A stretch of 41,049 bases of DNA from Chiloscyllium plagiosum (GCF_004010195.1 NW_025214280.1:1-41049), one strand, 5' to 3'; counted from the stretch's first letter, positions 25,685 through 38,209 are shown. Numbers and translations: made by a program. The notes: a model not told the origin generated them from the letters alone.

Positions 25685-26414
25685 TGTGGGATATAGGTAA
25701 AGTAGTGCTACTTCTGCATTTATAATGACTTATGCAATGTAAATGAGCTCACACCAGTGTGTAATTGTTTCATCGAAGAGCTGAGTCAACAAGAATGCAA
25801 ACTATGTGGAGGAAATATATAATTGGTTTTGTATTAGCTAAAATTGTATGCAAGAATGAAACGTGACTGCAAAACAACGGTAGATGTTATAGACAAATAG
25901 ATAAGGTGCTGTGAGGATGTAGTTTAAGCCAGATATGCTTGCACAAGCAGTAGTTATAAGCATCTGTTTCCCAGTTTTACAGAAACACAGGAAAAAACCC
26001 CAATTAAAATGTCATAAGGATCAGTATGGTTGGGGAAAGCACAGATGGAGGGAGTAGATAATGATGAAGAAAGGTATACCTAACAATGGGCCACAGCGGG
26101 ATGTGGTCAAACGGCCTTGTGAGGCTATAATTAAGCATTTTGTCACAGACAAGGCCGGATAAGGCAAGAGATAAACAGGAGTAATGGGTGCCGGTCTTAG
26201 AGAAGTAGAAGATGTAAATGCGGAGGAGTAATTGGATAAAAAAAGGAACCAAATTACATAAATATCGTGTATTAGTTGAATTCAGTGTCTGTGTGTCCCT
26301 GCTTTGTAGACAGTGGACATCGCAACCGCTTGCAAGAGGAAAATAAATTACACTACTGATTCAGATCTTGTCTCGGACTGAAATTATTGAAGTGAGTGAG
26401 CTTCGTTTCTCACA
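25685..26414 (+). mobile_element. Complete ERV 3' LTR (730 bp)
   Basis: PPT at 25671-25683, termini TGTGGGA...TCTCACA (imperfect inverted repeat, TG...CA), TATA-like tacataaata near 26255, and AATAAA at 26342-26347. Confidence 0.88.
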
Positions 26415-26425
26415 GAGTCATGTTT

Positions 26426-26598
26426 AGAGTGATGCTGGAAAAGCACAGCAGTTAAAGCAACATTCGAGGAGCAGGGAAATTGACATTTCACACTAAAGAC
26501 ATTCATCACGAATCCAGATGAAGGGCTGTTGCTCGAAAAGTCGATTTCCCTGATTCTCGGATGCTGACTGACATGCTGTTCTTTTCCAACACTACTCT
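26426..26598. mobile_element. Palindromic (hairpin, MITE-like) repeat made of two head-to-head PLE-terminus arms
   Basis: The left arm agagtgatgctggaaaagcacagca...cagggaaattgac pairs with the right arm gtcgatttccctg...tgctgttcttttccaacactactct. The centre is near 26512. Confidence 0.85.
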
Positions 26599-26602
26599 CA
26601 TC

Positions 26603-27545
26603 TTGCCCAGTGGTTTTTCACAGGGATGTGTTCTGAGACCTCTGTCTTTTGCGATTTATATGTATGGAGTTAATGAATAAGTGGAATGTTTGCTTAATCA
26701 TTTTCCTGGTGACATGAAGATTGGTAGAATTGTGAATGGTGTGCAACGATTTGTAGTTTTCAACAGGACATTGATAAGATGCGGAGATGGGCGGAGAAGT
26801 CGTAAATCGAAGGTCACATTGGAATGCATATTACAGCGTTAACAGAGGGATCTTCGAGTTCACTACTATTAGTCTCTCAAACTTGCCACCGACGTTGATC
26901 GTGTTGTTAAGATAGTGCACAGTGTGTTGCCTTTCATTAGCAGGATAGATTGAGTTCAAGTGCAGCGAGGTTTTGCTTAAGCTCAATAGAGACCTTGTTA
27001 GACGACTTTTAAAATATTGTATTCTGATCTGGTCGCCTCATTACAGAAAGAGTGTGGAAGCTTCAAAGTATGTACAGAGGAGATGCACCAGAATGCTGCC
27101 TGGACTGGAGTGCATGCCTTATGGAGAAAGATTCCGGGAGCTCGGGTTTATCTCATTGGAGAGAAGAAGCATGAAATGTGATTAGATAGAGATTTGTAAA
27201 ATGATTGGAGGCATAAATATAGTGAATAGCCAGAGACGATTTTACAGGGTGGATACTGCTATCGGGTGGGGGGCATAATCTTAAATTGATTGGAGAAAGG
27301 TTTCGGAGGGATGTCAGAGTTACAATTTTTACAAAGAGAATTGTGGATGCGTAGAATGCACTGCCAGCAGTGGTAGTAAAGTCAAATACATTAGGGGCAT
27401 TTAAACGACGCTGGATTGGTATATGGATGATAGTAAAATGTACGATATGTAGGTTGGTTTGATCCAAGAGCAGAATAAAAGGTCGTTATAACATTGAGGG
27501 GCAAAGGGCATGTTCTGTGTTGTAACTGTTCAATGTTCTATGTAA
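26603..27545 (+). mobile_element. CR1 LINE 3' portion
   Basis: ORF 26973..27185 reads LKYCILIWSPHYRKSVEASKYVQRRCTRMLPGLECMPYGERFRELG. A 3' tail ttcaatgttctatgt follows. Confidence 0.88.
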
Positions 27546-27899
27546 ATCGAGAAATATATGTAAAAGGGACGGATGCAGAGGGGTATGAAAATAAGGATGG
27601 AGAATCAACCAAGCTAAGCAGATGTTACATGAGCCAGAAAAGACAAAATTTGGCAAATGGCCTTCTCCTGTATTGTAATATCCTATGATTCTGAATACGA
27701 CGGGCAGGGGTTCAAATCCTGTTCAAAACGAATGGTTTCAAGAACGGTTTTAAAGGTGTATACAAACGTGGTTACTGTTATAAAGGAGATATCCATGCTT
27801 AGAGTATAGTCATCTTGAGGTACTAACAAAAATATAGGATCAACAGTATAGCATTGAATACAGAAATCCAGACATGGAAGAGTTTAGATATCGCAAAGA

Positions 27900-28480
27900 T
27901 TTTCAACCTGTCGCCTCTTGCAGAAATGAGATCAGAAACCGGAGGAGTGAAGTAGCCAACTTACTCATTTAGTTACTATTCAATGAGATCATGGCAGATC
28001 TCATCATCCGCAACTGCACTTTCCCGCCTTTTTCTGATAATTTCTCGCTTCCCTTATGATTAAAAATCTGTCTGTGTTACCCTTCAATGAAATGAGTGAG
28101 GCAGCCTCGACAGCCATTTGCGGTGAAGAATTCCACACATTCACTTCTCTCTGAACGAAAAGGTCCCTCCTTTATCTGGTAGTGTCGACTCAGCTACCCT
28201 TTATTCTGAGATGATGACCTCTGAACTTAAAATTTCGCAGAAGGACAAGCAAACTGACCCCATCAAGTCCTCTCAGTATCTTTCATATTTAAAACGCATT
28301 CTTCTAAATTCCAACAAGTACGTTCCCAAACTACTCAACCTTTTCTTCAATACAGTTCCTGCATAAGTGATATCAGCCTCATGATCTTTCTCTGGACAGC
28401 GCCCAATGTCAGTTTGTCGTTCCTCAGATAATGGGTCCAAGAATGGTTAAAGTATTTCAATTCTCCTCTGACAGGAATCT
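27900..28480 (-). mobile_element. Old CR1-like LINE 3' fragment
   Basis: ttcaatgagatcatggcagatct...gaattccacacattcac pattern shared with other CR1 3' ends in the window. Confidence 0.6.
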
Positions 28481-29759
28481 TTCTTCATCAAACGTGTTAT
28501 GATGGAATCTTATGCATTTTCAGCAATCAGTCCTGATTTTTACCTTCCATTCGTTTCGAAGTTGGAGTTGAGTACGACCAGGAGTGTTCAGAGATGTTGT
28601 TCCACAGCTCTGGTGCAGGTAAGATTTAAACCCAATCCTTCCAGCTCCGAGCTAGGGACATTATCATTGCACATATTGCAGGTACAGCATGCTGATAGGA
28701 CATCTGGGAGACCCTCTTCATCAACAATATTTGCAATGCGAAAGATTGCAATCGTACAATTTTAGGCAGTCTGAGAATTCTGATTAACTGCTTTCTGAGT
28801 CGAATAAATTTCCCTGCAAGATTGCAGACAATAGGATGGGCCGATTGATGAACGAAAGTGATGTAACCAAATAGCTGTACACTTCTAAACAACACGGCAG
28901 GCACTGATCCAAACGCTGTTTCCCCTGTATTGCGATGTGCAAATCTCTGCAGGAAAGATGAACTGTGCAAGATCACTGTTGTAGGCCTGAGAACCAGAAC
29001 GACAAAACTGAAATACTGGACTTCTTATTATGATCACACAGCATGCATTGGTTGCATCAGTCATGGATACAATCGCGATTGGCTATACTTTGGATTCCAT
29101 TAAGATATAGATCGCTAATGGAGACAAACAACAACTGGAATCAAGTGTTAAAACAGTTTTCTGGGCGTTTACATCACGAAGCGGACAAGAGAAGTTCGCC
29201 TGAGCAATGTTTGAACTGATGAAGATCGAAATGGATTTTTAATAGAAACAGGACAAGTCATATCCAACCTCGATCTCGCTCATTCATTTAATAAGCTCAT
29301 CGCTGATCATGAGATGATTCGATTGACATGCATTTGTCGAATTCTTAATGCACTTTTGTAACAACAGCAAAAAAACGTCTTCCTGAAATTTAAATTTAAC
29401 TATAAATTTAGCAGCGACCAGTAATTGAGGAATGGATTTCGATTCCTCCACTACTGCATAGAAATACTTTACACGATCGCTTCTCACTGACCTGGCACTA
29501 ATTTCTACATTATAACATCGCATCATTGGCTGAGCCAAGCATTTCTTGCCCGTCCCGAGTTGCCCCTGAGAAGTTGGTGGTGAGCTGCAATCTTGAGCCG
29601 CTAGTTTGTATGCTGTTGTAGCCCAACAATACACTTATGGAAAGAATTCCAGGGTAATGTCACAGCACAGTTTTGACTTCAACATCAATCTGTGGAAATA
29701 ATACATTTTTATTAAATCTGCTTTTTACTTTGTTAATGTCCTAAATTATAAAAAGCCTA

Positions 29760-30035
29760 CCGTATGAAATCAGGCCAATAGAGTACACACTGTCCCACCT
29801 ATCCCGAGAAAACCACATTCTGCATGACAAGCCCACTTCGTCTGCGCATGACTGGATTCCATTGGCAACCTCAGCACAGTCAATCCACTGTGGGAAGAAG
29901 CCGGAACACCCGACTTAAACACACACAGACACAGCGCGAACGTGCAACTTCCACACAGATAGGCGCCCTTGGATGGAATCGACCTCGGTTCTTGGCATTC
30001 TGAGGCAGACTGCTAACGAATGAGCCACCATGCTT
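29760..30035 (-). mobile_element. HE1-type SINE (decayed)
   Basis: ctgtgggaagaagccggaacacccg...gtgcaacttccacacaga...ggaatcgacctcgg...tgaggcagactgctaacgaatgagccaccatg. Confidence 0.75.
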
Positions 30036-31229
30036 GCAAACACATTACTAAAATCACTAAATTCTCCAGAATAAACCCCATCTTGATTAATCTCTCTTGA
30101 GAACGAAACCTATGAAAGTCCACGTGTACAGCTTGTAATCATGGACTAAAATCCCTCCAGAACCAAACTCTCCTTCCTGAAGTCTGGAACCGACGTCTGC
30201 TCACAGCACTTTCTGCGAGTTATGATCTCGGAACTCAAGATCTCTCTGTATTTTTTTACCAAATGCTTCTCAATGATATTGGGGTTTCTGCATCCATCAC
30301 TCATACAGGTGTGAAGTCCAGGTTCACTGCATCTTCTGAGTGAAATAAATCCCACGTCCCGTCGAAATCGTCCACGTCTTACTGTAAATCTATGCCTCAG
30401 GTTAATCATCTCTCAGTCAAAGCGAATACTTCCGTCATGTCTACTCTGTCTATTCCTCTCTTCAGACCTCCCACTCATGCCCCCTGTGAATTTTCTCTGT
30501 TGCGTAGAAAACAACTGCAGTTTGTTCGGTCTCTTTTAATAACTGAAAACCCTTCAGATTATGCAACGTGCTGGTCAATCTGCTCTTCCCACTAATGCGC
30601 CTCGCTTTGCCTGCATCTACTTGATACCATGTAGATGAAGTGAACACAATGCTCTCACTGTGGTTGTACAATGCTTTATGCTATTCCAGCAGAAACATCC
30701 CCAGCGGCATCAGGACTGACTCAGATCTTTGGTCAAGCCTCCAAAGTACAGTCTGAGCTTGGGATAGAGCCCTAAACAGGGGATGAGAAAAATATTGCCC
30801 TTGCTACTTGGAGACCCGTTTGCACTGCAGCTTGCCAATGGCTCAGGGATGTATTACATTCGTAAATTTACCTCCTGACCCTAATCCCAATAACCCATCT
30901 TTATAATTGTTATGAATTGGAACGCATAAAGATTTACTATGAAGTAAATTGTGTTTTCGAAATATTGTGGAAAAAAGTAAGTGCAGGCCCAGCTGCCGTA
31001 TTGGAAAGGTTGGGAAATAGGCTGTTCCAACATAGAAACACAAAACAATTGACTTTTAAATTGATATATGAGTCTCCGTTGCTGTTTTGACATGAATTCA
31101 AAATTAATCAATAACTTTACGTTGTGGCCCGCATGCTGAAACACAGTCGAGGTTGAATTTATTGTTTCGACATCATCTGACCAATGACATGGAATGATGT
31201 TGGGGGATATAAAAACTGTGCAGTTTGAA

Positions 31230-32488
31230 CATTTGGTCAGGAAGCAACTGCGACCCATTAGCCTAACAATGGCCAAAGAGCTGGAGAGCTAACTCCTCAA
31301 CTAAAACCTTGCTCTCAAAGAAATTAAAAGATACTTTCTATCAAAAGCACCTCTTCCTGTCGAAACTCTCGCCATGATAAAAAATAGAAGAGGACACAGG
31401 GAGATCGGCCCACGGAGGATTGAATACAGTGGAGAACACAGAGACTGTGTGGACTTGAGATTACGTTAATCTAATGTTAAAAAGCATAGAATATAAGAAC
31501 ACAAGGTAAAAGAGCTGGTGGAGTCCGTGTGGTTCCTCGAACTTGCTCTGTTATTCAATAAGATCATGGCTGATCTATTCGTGTCCTCAGCCCCACTTAC
31601 ACCCGTCTCACCAACACAATTAATTCCTTTATTTAAAAACAAATAACCAAATCTTTTAAAATACTTACTGAGGATACCTCAACTACTTCATTTGCGAGGG
31701 AATTCTATAAATTGACAACCCTCTGGATGAAGAAGTTCTTTCTCAATTCAGTCCGAAATTTGATCCCTCATTTGTTGATGATATGCCCTCTTGTGCTAAT
31801 TTCACTTGTCATTAGAAACATCCTCTCTCCGTCTATCTAAAATATTGCCTTCATAATTTCATTTGGTCAGGAAGCAACTGCGACCCATTAGCCTAACAAT
31901 GGCCAAAGAGCTGGAGAGCTAACTTCTCAACTAAAACCTTGTTCTCAAAGAAATTAAAAGATACTTTCTATCAAAAGCACCTCTTCCTGTCGAAACTCTC
32001 GCCGTGATAAAAAATAGAAGAGGACACAGGGAGATCGGCCCACGGAGGATTGAATACAGTGGAGAACACAGAGACTGTGTGGACTTGAGATTACGTTAAT
32101 CTAATGTTAAAAAGCATAGAATATAATAACACAAGGTAAAAGAGCTGGTGAGGCCCTGTGGTTCCTCGAACTTGCTCTGTTATTCAATAAGATCATGGCT
32201 GATCTATTCGTGTCCTCAGCCCCACTTACACCCGTCTACTCAACACAATTAATTCCTTTATTTAAAAACAAATAACCAAATCTTTTACAATACTTACTGA
32301 GGATACCTCAACTACGTCATTTGCGAGGGAATTCTATAAATTGACAACCCTCTGGATGAAGAAGTTCTTTCTCAATTCAGTCCGAATTTTGATCCCTCAT
32401 TTGTTGATGATATGCCCTCTTATGCTAATTTCACTTGTCATTAGAAACATCCTCTCTCCGTCTATCGAAATTATTACCTTCATAATTT
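31230..32488. repeat. About 630-bp tandem duplication (31230-31859 / 31860-32488), partly CR1-derived
   Basis: Both copies start catttggtcaggaagcaactgcg and end cttcataattt, with scattered substitutions. Confidence 0.95.
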
Positions 32489-32739
32489 GATATGTTTCCG
32501 TAAGATCCCCACTTAATCTTGTAAAACCCATTGATTATAATCCCAATCTATTCAGTGTCTCCTCATAAACCAAACTCAATCCCTCCTCATTACTGTGTTT
32601 TGGAACGGCATGTTAAAAGGATTGGGTTCAGTTCGGGGAAAGAGTGTTCAGTTAGTTAATAGTTTTGTACAGTGTTCTGTTAAGAACATATATTGTTATT
32701 TATATTAAAATAATGAGGATTGAGAGTTATCTTTCATTG

Positions 32740-33247
32740 AAAGGTGTGGGGCTTGGGAGAACGTGGCTAGGAATGCGATAGGTAAATAAAGGTGGGAGTG
32801 AAATTGATACACCGGGGTGGACGTTGGAACAGACAGGTGGGAAGGAAAATGGACAAGTAGGTCAAATCAAGAGGGCAGTGCTGAGTTAGACTGTTGGGAC
32901 GTGGATAAGGTGGGGGAAGAGTAGGTGGGGAAATTAGTGAAATCCACATTGATCCAGTGTGGTTGGAGGGTCGCAATGCGGAAGAAGAGGCGTTGTTCCT
33001 CATGGCGTCCACTGGTTAGGGTTTGGCGATTGAGTAAACCGCAGACATCTGTCCTTGGAAGAGGGTGAGGGGGATTTGAAATGTTCAGCTACAGGGCAGT
33101 GGCGTTGAATAGTGCAGTTGTTCCCTGAAATGATCCACAATTTGCTTTCTTGTCTCCCGAATGTTGCGGAGACCACATCAGGTACAACGGATGCAGTATT
33201 TGACGTTTGCGGAAGAACAGGAAAATCTCTGCCGGCAGTGGAAGGAA
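32740..33247 (-). mobile_element. Penelope-like element GIY-YIG 3' fragment
   Basis: The minus strand reads FHCRQRFSCSSANVKYCIRCT*CGLRNIRET...DHFRE, a decayed VIYCIRC..CGLLYIGET motif. The downstream part is homologous to 700-930. Confidence 0.8.
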
Positions 33248-33249
33248 CG

Positions 33250-33650
33250 GAGCTTCCTCCATATATAAGTACTCTCTTATGAGGAGAGCTTGCGGATATT
33301 GCCCCTCAACTCATTCGAGTTGAGAAGATCTGCAGGCACCTTTATTGAACGAGATAACATTATTGAGGGACTTGACAGGCCAAATGCAAAAATAAATTGT
33401 TAGACCTTATAGAAGAGTCCAGGACGAGAGAGCATTATTTCAGAAAAAGAAGTCACCCATTTATGGCCGAGGAGGAATCTCTTGTGGAATTCTTTACTGC
33501 AGAGGTCTGTGGAGGTTTGATAGTTAAGTGCATTTAAGGCCTGATAGAGAGATTTTATTTTAATCAGGTAGAGAATCGAACGTTATGGTGAAAAGATCGG
33601 AAGTGGAGTTGAGGATGATCAGATTAGCTATGATCCTCAAGTGGGCATTG
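33250..33650 (+). mobile_element. CR1-like LINE 3' fragment
   Basis: gagtccaggacgagagagcat...ctcttgtggaattctttactgcagagg...atcagattagctatgatc. Confidence 0.6.
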
Positions 33651-34799
33651 ACACGGGGCATGCTGACATCGGCACATCGACACAAAATGGTCGCTGAGGC
33701 CATAAGTTTGTCACTGAGCTCAGAAGACGCTGTACTATTATTTGGAAAAGTACAGTGAAACATACATAGACACTGCCTGAGGCCACGAAGATAGCAGCAG
33801 AACAGACACAGAACATAAATGCTCAGTTTAAGGTGGATGGTTGAGAGACTACACATCAATAAGATGTATTGCCGGCTGAAATGTCTGAGACCATCCACCA
33901 CCTTCAGTAGAAATGTTAAGAAATTGAGACGACTTGTTATGCAATGTTACTGCCTTTGATTTGCAGTAATGGAAAACGATCTTACTTCTCAGGGAAACAA
34001 AAACGATTACAAACAATTACTGCATCAAAGGACATTTGCCGATCTTCTGGAACTGACATTGATTCTGTAACATTCCTCTGAAACAGACAATGATTCCATA
34101 ATGCTGTCTCCAAACAAACCATGCTGCCCAAAGAAAGGCTCGGTACCTGGTCATGAAATATATAAAATTTCGTGACATGCGCTCCGAGGGCGAGAGAAGG
34201 CTCCCAGCTGAAGGCCGTGCTGCCGGACGTCTCTCTCTCCTCGGAGATCCAGTTGCTGTGCACGATAAACTCTACTGTTGAATCCCGATTCTGAATCCGA
34301 GACAGGTGATTTTGCCCATAACAATACCATTATGCGGCGGAGCAATCTCGATGGACACTGTCTCTCGCAAGAATGTCCTGGTTTAAAAAGGGACACCAAA
34401 ACAAATCACAATTCACCAGTCGTGGTCTCGCCGATGTCAGTCTACAAATTACATTCCTCATGTCTTACTCCATGTCAAGCAACCAGTATACAATTGATTC
34501 ACAATGAGCGCACAGATTCCAAGCAGCTTGAGAAAGAGTATCATGCAGGATGGTGACTGCTTCGGCTTCAGAGCCAAATATCTCATGAGAACCGTTGAAC
34601 CATTCGGGACAAATGATTGGGTTACCAATTCCCAGGTGAGTTGAGAACTTGAGAGGGTAGTGTTTCCATGAGTTTTAATGAGTTTGAGCAAGGACCTGAA
34701 CATTCTGTCTCCAAACATGTAGAAGACATAACAATAGGTGGAACTGTTCTTTAGGAGAGGAAATCAGAGTGATGCTGATAGTTTAGGTCAATGGAAAAA

Positions 34800-35605
34800 T
34801 AAAATCGCAAATGGTCCTTCATACGGGACGACGTTAATTTGTTTATTTTGAAAGGGAGAACAAAACAGCAGCATATAATTTGAATGGAGAAACGACATAG
34901 TCAGGGGACTTGGAGATGCTTATGCACGAAACAAAAAGAATTGGAAGCAGGTAATCAGCAAGGTTGCAAGAATGTTAGTCCTTATTTCAGGGATTTGGGA
35001 AAGTAGGGAAGTTCTATTGCGCTGTTCAAATCACTGACGAGACAACGCCGAGAATAACGTGAGCAATTTTGATTCTCTTATTTCAGAATGATGTAATTTC
35101 ATTGGCAGAAGTTCAGAGCAAGGACAAGAAGATGATAACTAGTTTGTGGAGTGTTGTCTTATTGTAGAAGATTTGAAAGACTTGGATTCTACTCACTGGA
35201 ATTTAGAGGAATGAGAGGAGTTCCCACATCAAACATGCAGGAAACGTATGGGCCCATGAAAGAGTAAATACTGATCAGGTGTTTCCCTCGTAGGAGAGTC
35301 AAAAACCAGAGTCTCAGAATAAAGATATGTCAATTTAAAACCGAGAAGAGGAAGAATTTGTTCTGTCGGTGTTTGTAAACGTTTGGAACTTCTTGCCACA
35401 GTAAGCTTCTCCATTCAGAAACGCCATCCATTGAATGAAGGCCGAGGTAGATAGATTTTTGTTTATTTGGGGAAGCAAGGTTTCCATGGAGAGGGCAGAA
35501 AGTGAATGTGAGGAAAGTTTGAAATAGCTGTGATCACTTTGTATAGCAGATCAAGGTTGGGCGGGGGGGCGAAAGGTCCACTTCCCGTCCTATCTCTTAT
35601 GGGCT
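34800..35605 (+). mobile_element. CR1-like LINE 3' fragment
   Basis: ggacttggagatgcttatgcacgaaac...tactcactggaatttagaggaatgagagg...tggaacttcttgccaca...cttcccgtcctatctcttatg. Confidence 0.65.
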
Positions 35606-37394
35606 TTAAATAAGGTGGTGCGGGAATTAAACTTTCACTGTAGGCATCGCCCTGCATCACAAACCAGCCACGCAGACAACTGAATTACTAATTCTAACAT
35701 CAATGCAATAGCAATTATGTGAAGGTGGATGATTGAAAGGCTGTTCACAGATTGTGACACACAGCAATAGAGCAATGTAGAGCTAGAGGTAAATAAGTGC
35801 GAAACAGAAACAGAGAGACTGTTGTTAATACTGAGTAGAGAGTAAGAGAATGAGAGAGTGAGAAAGAGGTCAAGGAGAGAGAGTAATCAGGTAGAGGAGG
35901 TGAAGTAGAGTCAGTCATATAGATAGAGACAATACGCAAAGTGAGTTTCTGGGAAGAGAACACAACAGAGAAGTTGCAGAATTTCAGTAAATAAATGACA
36001 GTAATTCCAGAATCCCGTGACATCTGGTAGTGTTGGCCTGACATTTAATGACTAATGAGTCCTGTGAATGGTTTATAGGAGAGACAGGGAGCCAGTCTGT
36101 ATGCAACCAGCACCCAATGATGGCAACAAAGAAATTGTTGGTCTAGTTGCGGGGTACTTATTGGTGCCCGAGCACTGCGGGTAAATCTCGATGTCTGCTT
36201 CCAAGAAATGTTTGAGATTGGGGGGAGTTTCAGTGACAGGTACATATACACCGATAAGAACTGGGAGAGGGTTTAGTTGTGGAATGAAGTAAATTATTTT
36301 CAATTTTGATGAAGTGGAACCTGCCGTGGGAACGGAAGCTGGAAGCTCACTCAGTCGCGTCATGCAGCATTCGAAGTAGAGACGTAATAGAAGAGGAAAC
36401 TCACGTCAGAACCATCTTGAAAGGAGAAGTAATGATAAAGGCATAATCACCAGACCTCTGCCAAAGATGAAAATTCATCGTGCTACGCAGAATTGCCACA
36501 GATTTTAACAGACTCTTTCACTGCTTTTCCCCATGACAATGATGGCCTCAACAGACACTGAGCAATCGTAATTCCGAGTCCCGCCCTTTTTAGAGTTGAT
36601 TTCATGCTTTCTCAGTTGGATCAAATGTGGCTATGAAACTGGACCTCCTGCAATAAAGACAGGGACACTTCCATGGCACCATATGAGCCATCATTAGCTT
36701 GTATCTGGTTGTTTAAGAGTACCCCAATGTTTGAAAATCAACTGGAGACGAACGTCTCCTCAGAGATAGATGAGCAGACTAAACGCTTGAGGATAGAGAA
36801 AGTTGACAGAAATTCTTCCATTTTAGGGATGTGAGGAAAAACAACCTGATCGTTTATGACAGTCGATCGGTCTGTTAAGTATTTGCCTCTGAGATGGATC
36901 ACACCGGTCACAGGTCTTCATTCAGTCTAACAGTGTTCAAGAAAAGCTGCATTATCGCAAGGGTAAAGACTGGAAAGCATGCTGTAACACGTGTTCAACA
37001 CAAAGGCTGCACATCGCTGAGTGTCCAAACCTCAGTCTATGAAATTGCAGATACTCTACCATTAAATATTTAGATTTCAGATTTTAGATATTATTGTCAC
37101 GAGTACTCAATGAGAGAAGTACAGCGGTACAGTGAAAAGTGTGTAATCTTACCACACCTGGCGCCGTCCTACGTATAAATTGGTACAAAAATTTGCTTAA
37201 ATGCAAATTAGTGGGAGGAACTAGTGTTAAAAAGTTAAACACTACTTTATACAATCGAGGAAAGGTAAAGAAAGAGGAAACTATCTAAGTGGCTTTAGCA
37301 TATAATCCATAAACTATTACTGACAGGATTAGTATCAGATTAACATTAATCCAGTGAATCAGCGAAATATTCTGGGATATATGGCAATCTACCT

Positions 37395-37720
37395 CTGTGC
37401 TTAGCATTGTTACCTCACAGCGCGAGAGACCCAGGTTTGAATCCAACCTTGTGCGACTGCTTGTGTAGAGTTTTCATTTTCTCCCCTTATCTATGTGGGT
37501 CCCTTCCGCGTGTTCCAGTTTCCTCCCGCAGTTCAAAGATGTGCAGGTCAGGCAGAGTGGCAAAGCGAAATTTCTCGTAGAATCCATCGATGTGCTGCCT
37601 AGATCCGTCAGCCATGTGAAATTCTGGCTAATAAGGATAGACACGGGGGTAGGATGATCTGTGCAGTATCGATTTGGACTTTATGCGGCAATGACCTGTT
37701 CCCACATTGTAGGATTCTAT
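37395..37720 (+). mobile_element. HE1-type tRNA-derived SINE
   Basis: ttagcattgttacctcacagcgcgagagacccaGGTTTGAATCC (B-box-like)...ccagtttcctcccgcagttcaaagatgtgcaggtcagg. Confidence 0.8.
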
Positions 37721-38209
37721 TCCACTCTTGAATCGTATTTTATGCAAGATTATGATATTGAGTTCAACGAAAGAAAAATCAGGAAATGTGAGCCTACTGT
37801 TTACGAATTTACGCTTTTGATGTCCTGCGTTTTTATTATCAATACATTTTCTGCCAGCAAAGGAATAAATAAATAAAGGTAATTATCCAGTGATTTCTAA
37901 AAACAGCTCGGCTCTGTCAAATTATTGGAGATTAAAGCTTTTGTATCAGAGCCAGATTCTGAATGCTGCTATGTCGCTTTATTACGGAATAGAACGAGAC
38001 AAATGACCACAGCAACTCAGGAATTCCCTCAAAAACAAGCAGGTAAGATGTTCATCCACTTCTGTCAATCATGTGGTTTAGTGATTCCGGAATCGATTCA
38101 CACTTCTGATGATTGGGTGCCTTCTCCTCTCGGTTGCCTGGCCGCCTGAAGAAGCACTGTCAAGATGGCAGTGAGGGAGTCCGACTCCACAAAACTGTGA
38201 GGAGTTTCT

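Noticed and set aside
24280..26414. LTR-env-LTR mini-provirus
   Set aside because: The first LTR is preceded by env and a PPT, is truncated, and has no PBS after it. A tandem duplication explains the structure.
28560..28976. NLR/LRR-like remnant on the minus strand (NLSHC...DEEGLPDVL...LEGLGL)
   Set aside because: It needs an assumed frameshift and shows no LRR periodicity or NACHT sequence, so the resemblance is too weak.
36073..36363. Ig constant-domain-like start (RPTISLLPS...GSLSLL)
   Set aside because: The conserved Cys and Trp are absent, stops follow at once, and there is no suitable splice acceptor directly before the motif.
37395..37460. tRNA gene
   Set aside because: The B-box-like sequence is the head of an HE1-type SINE, and I could not form a cloverleaf.
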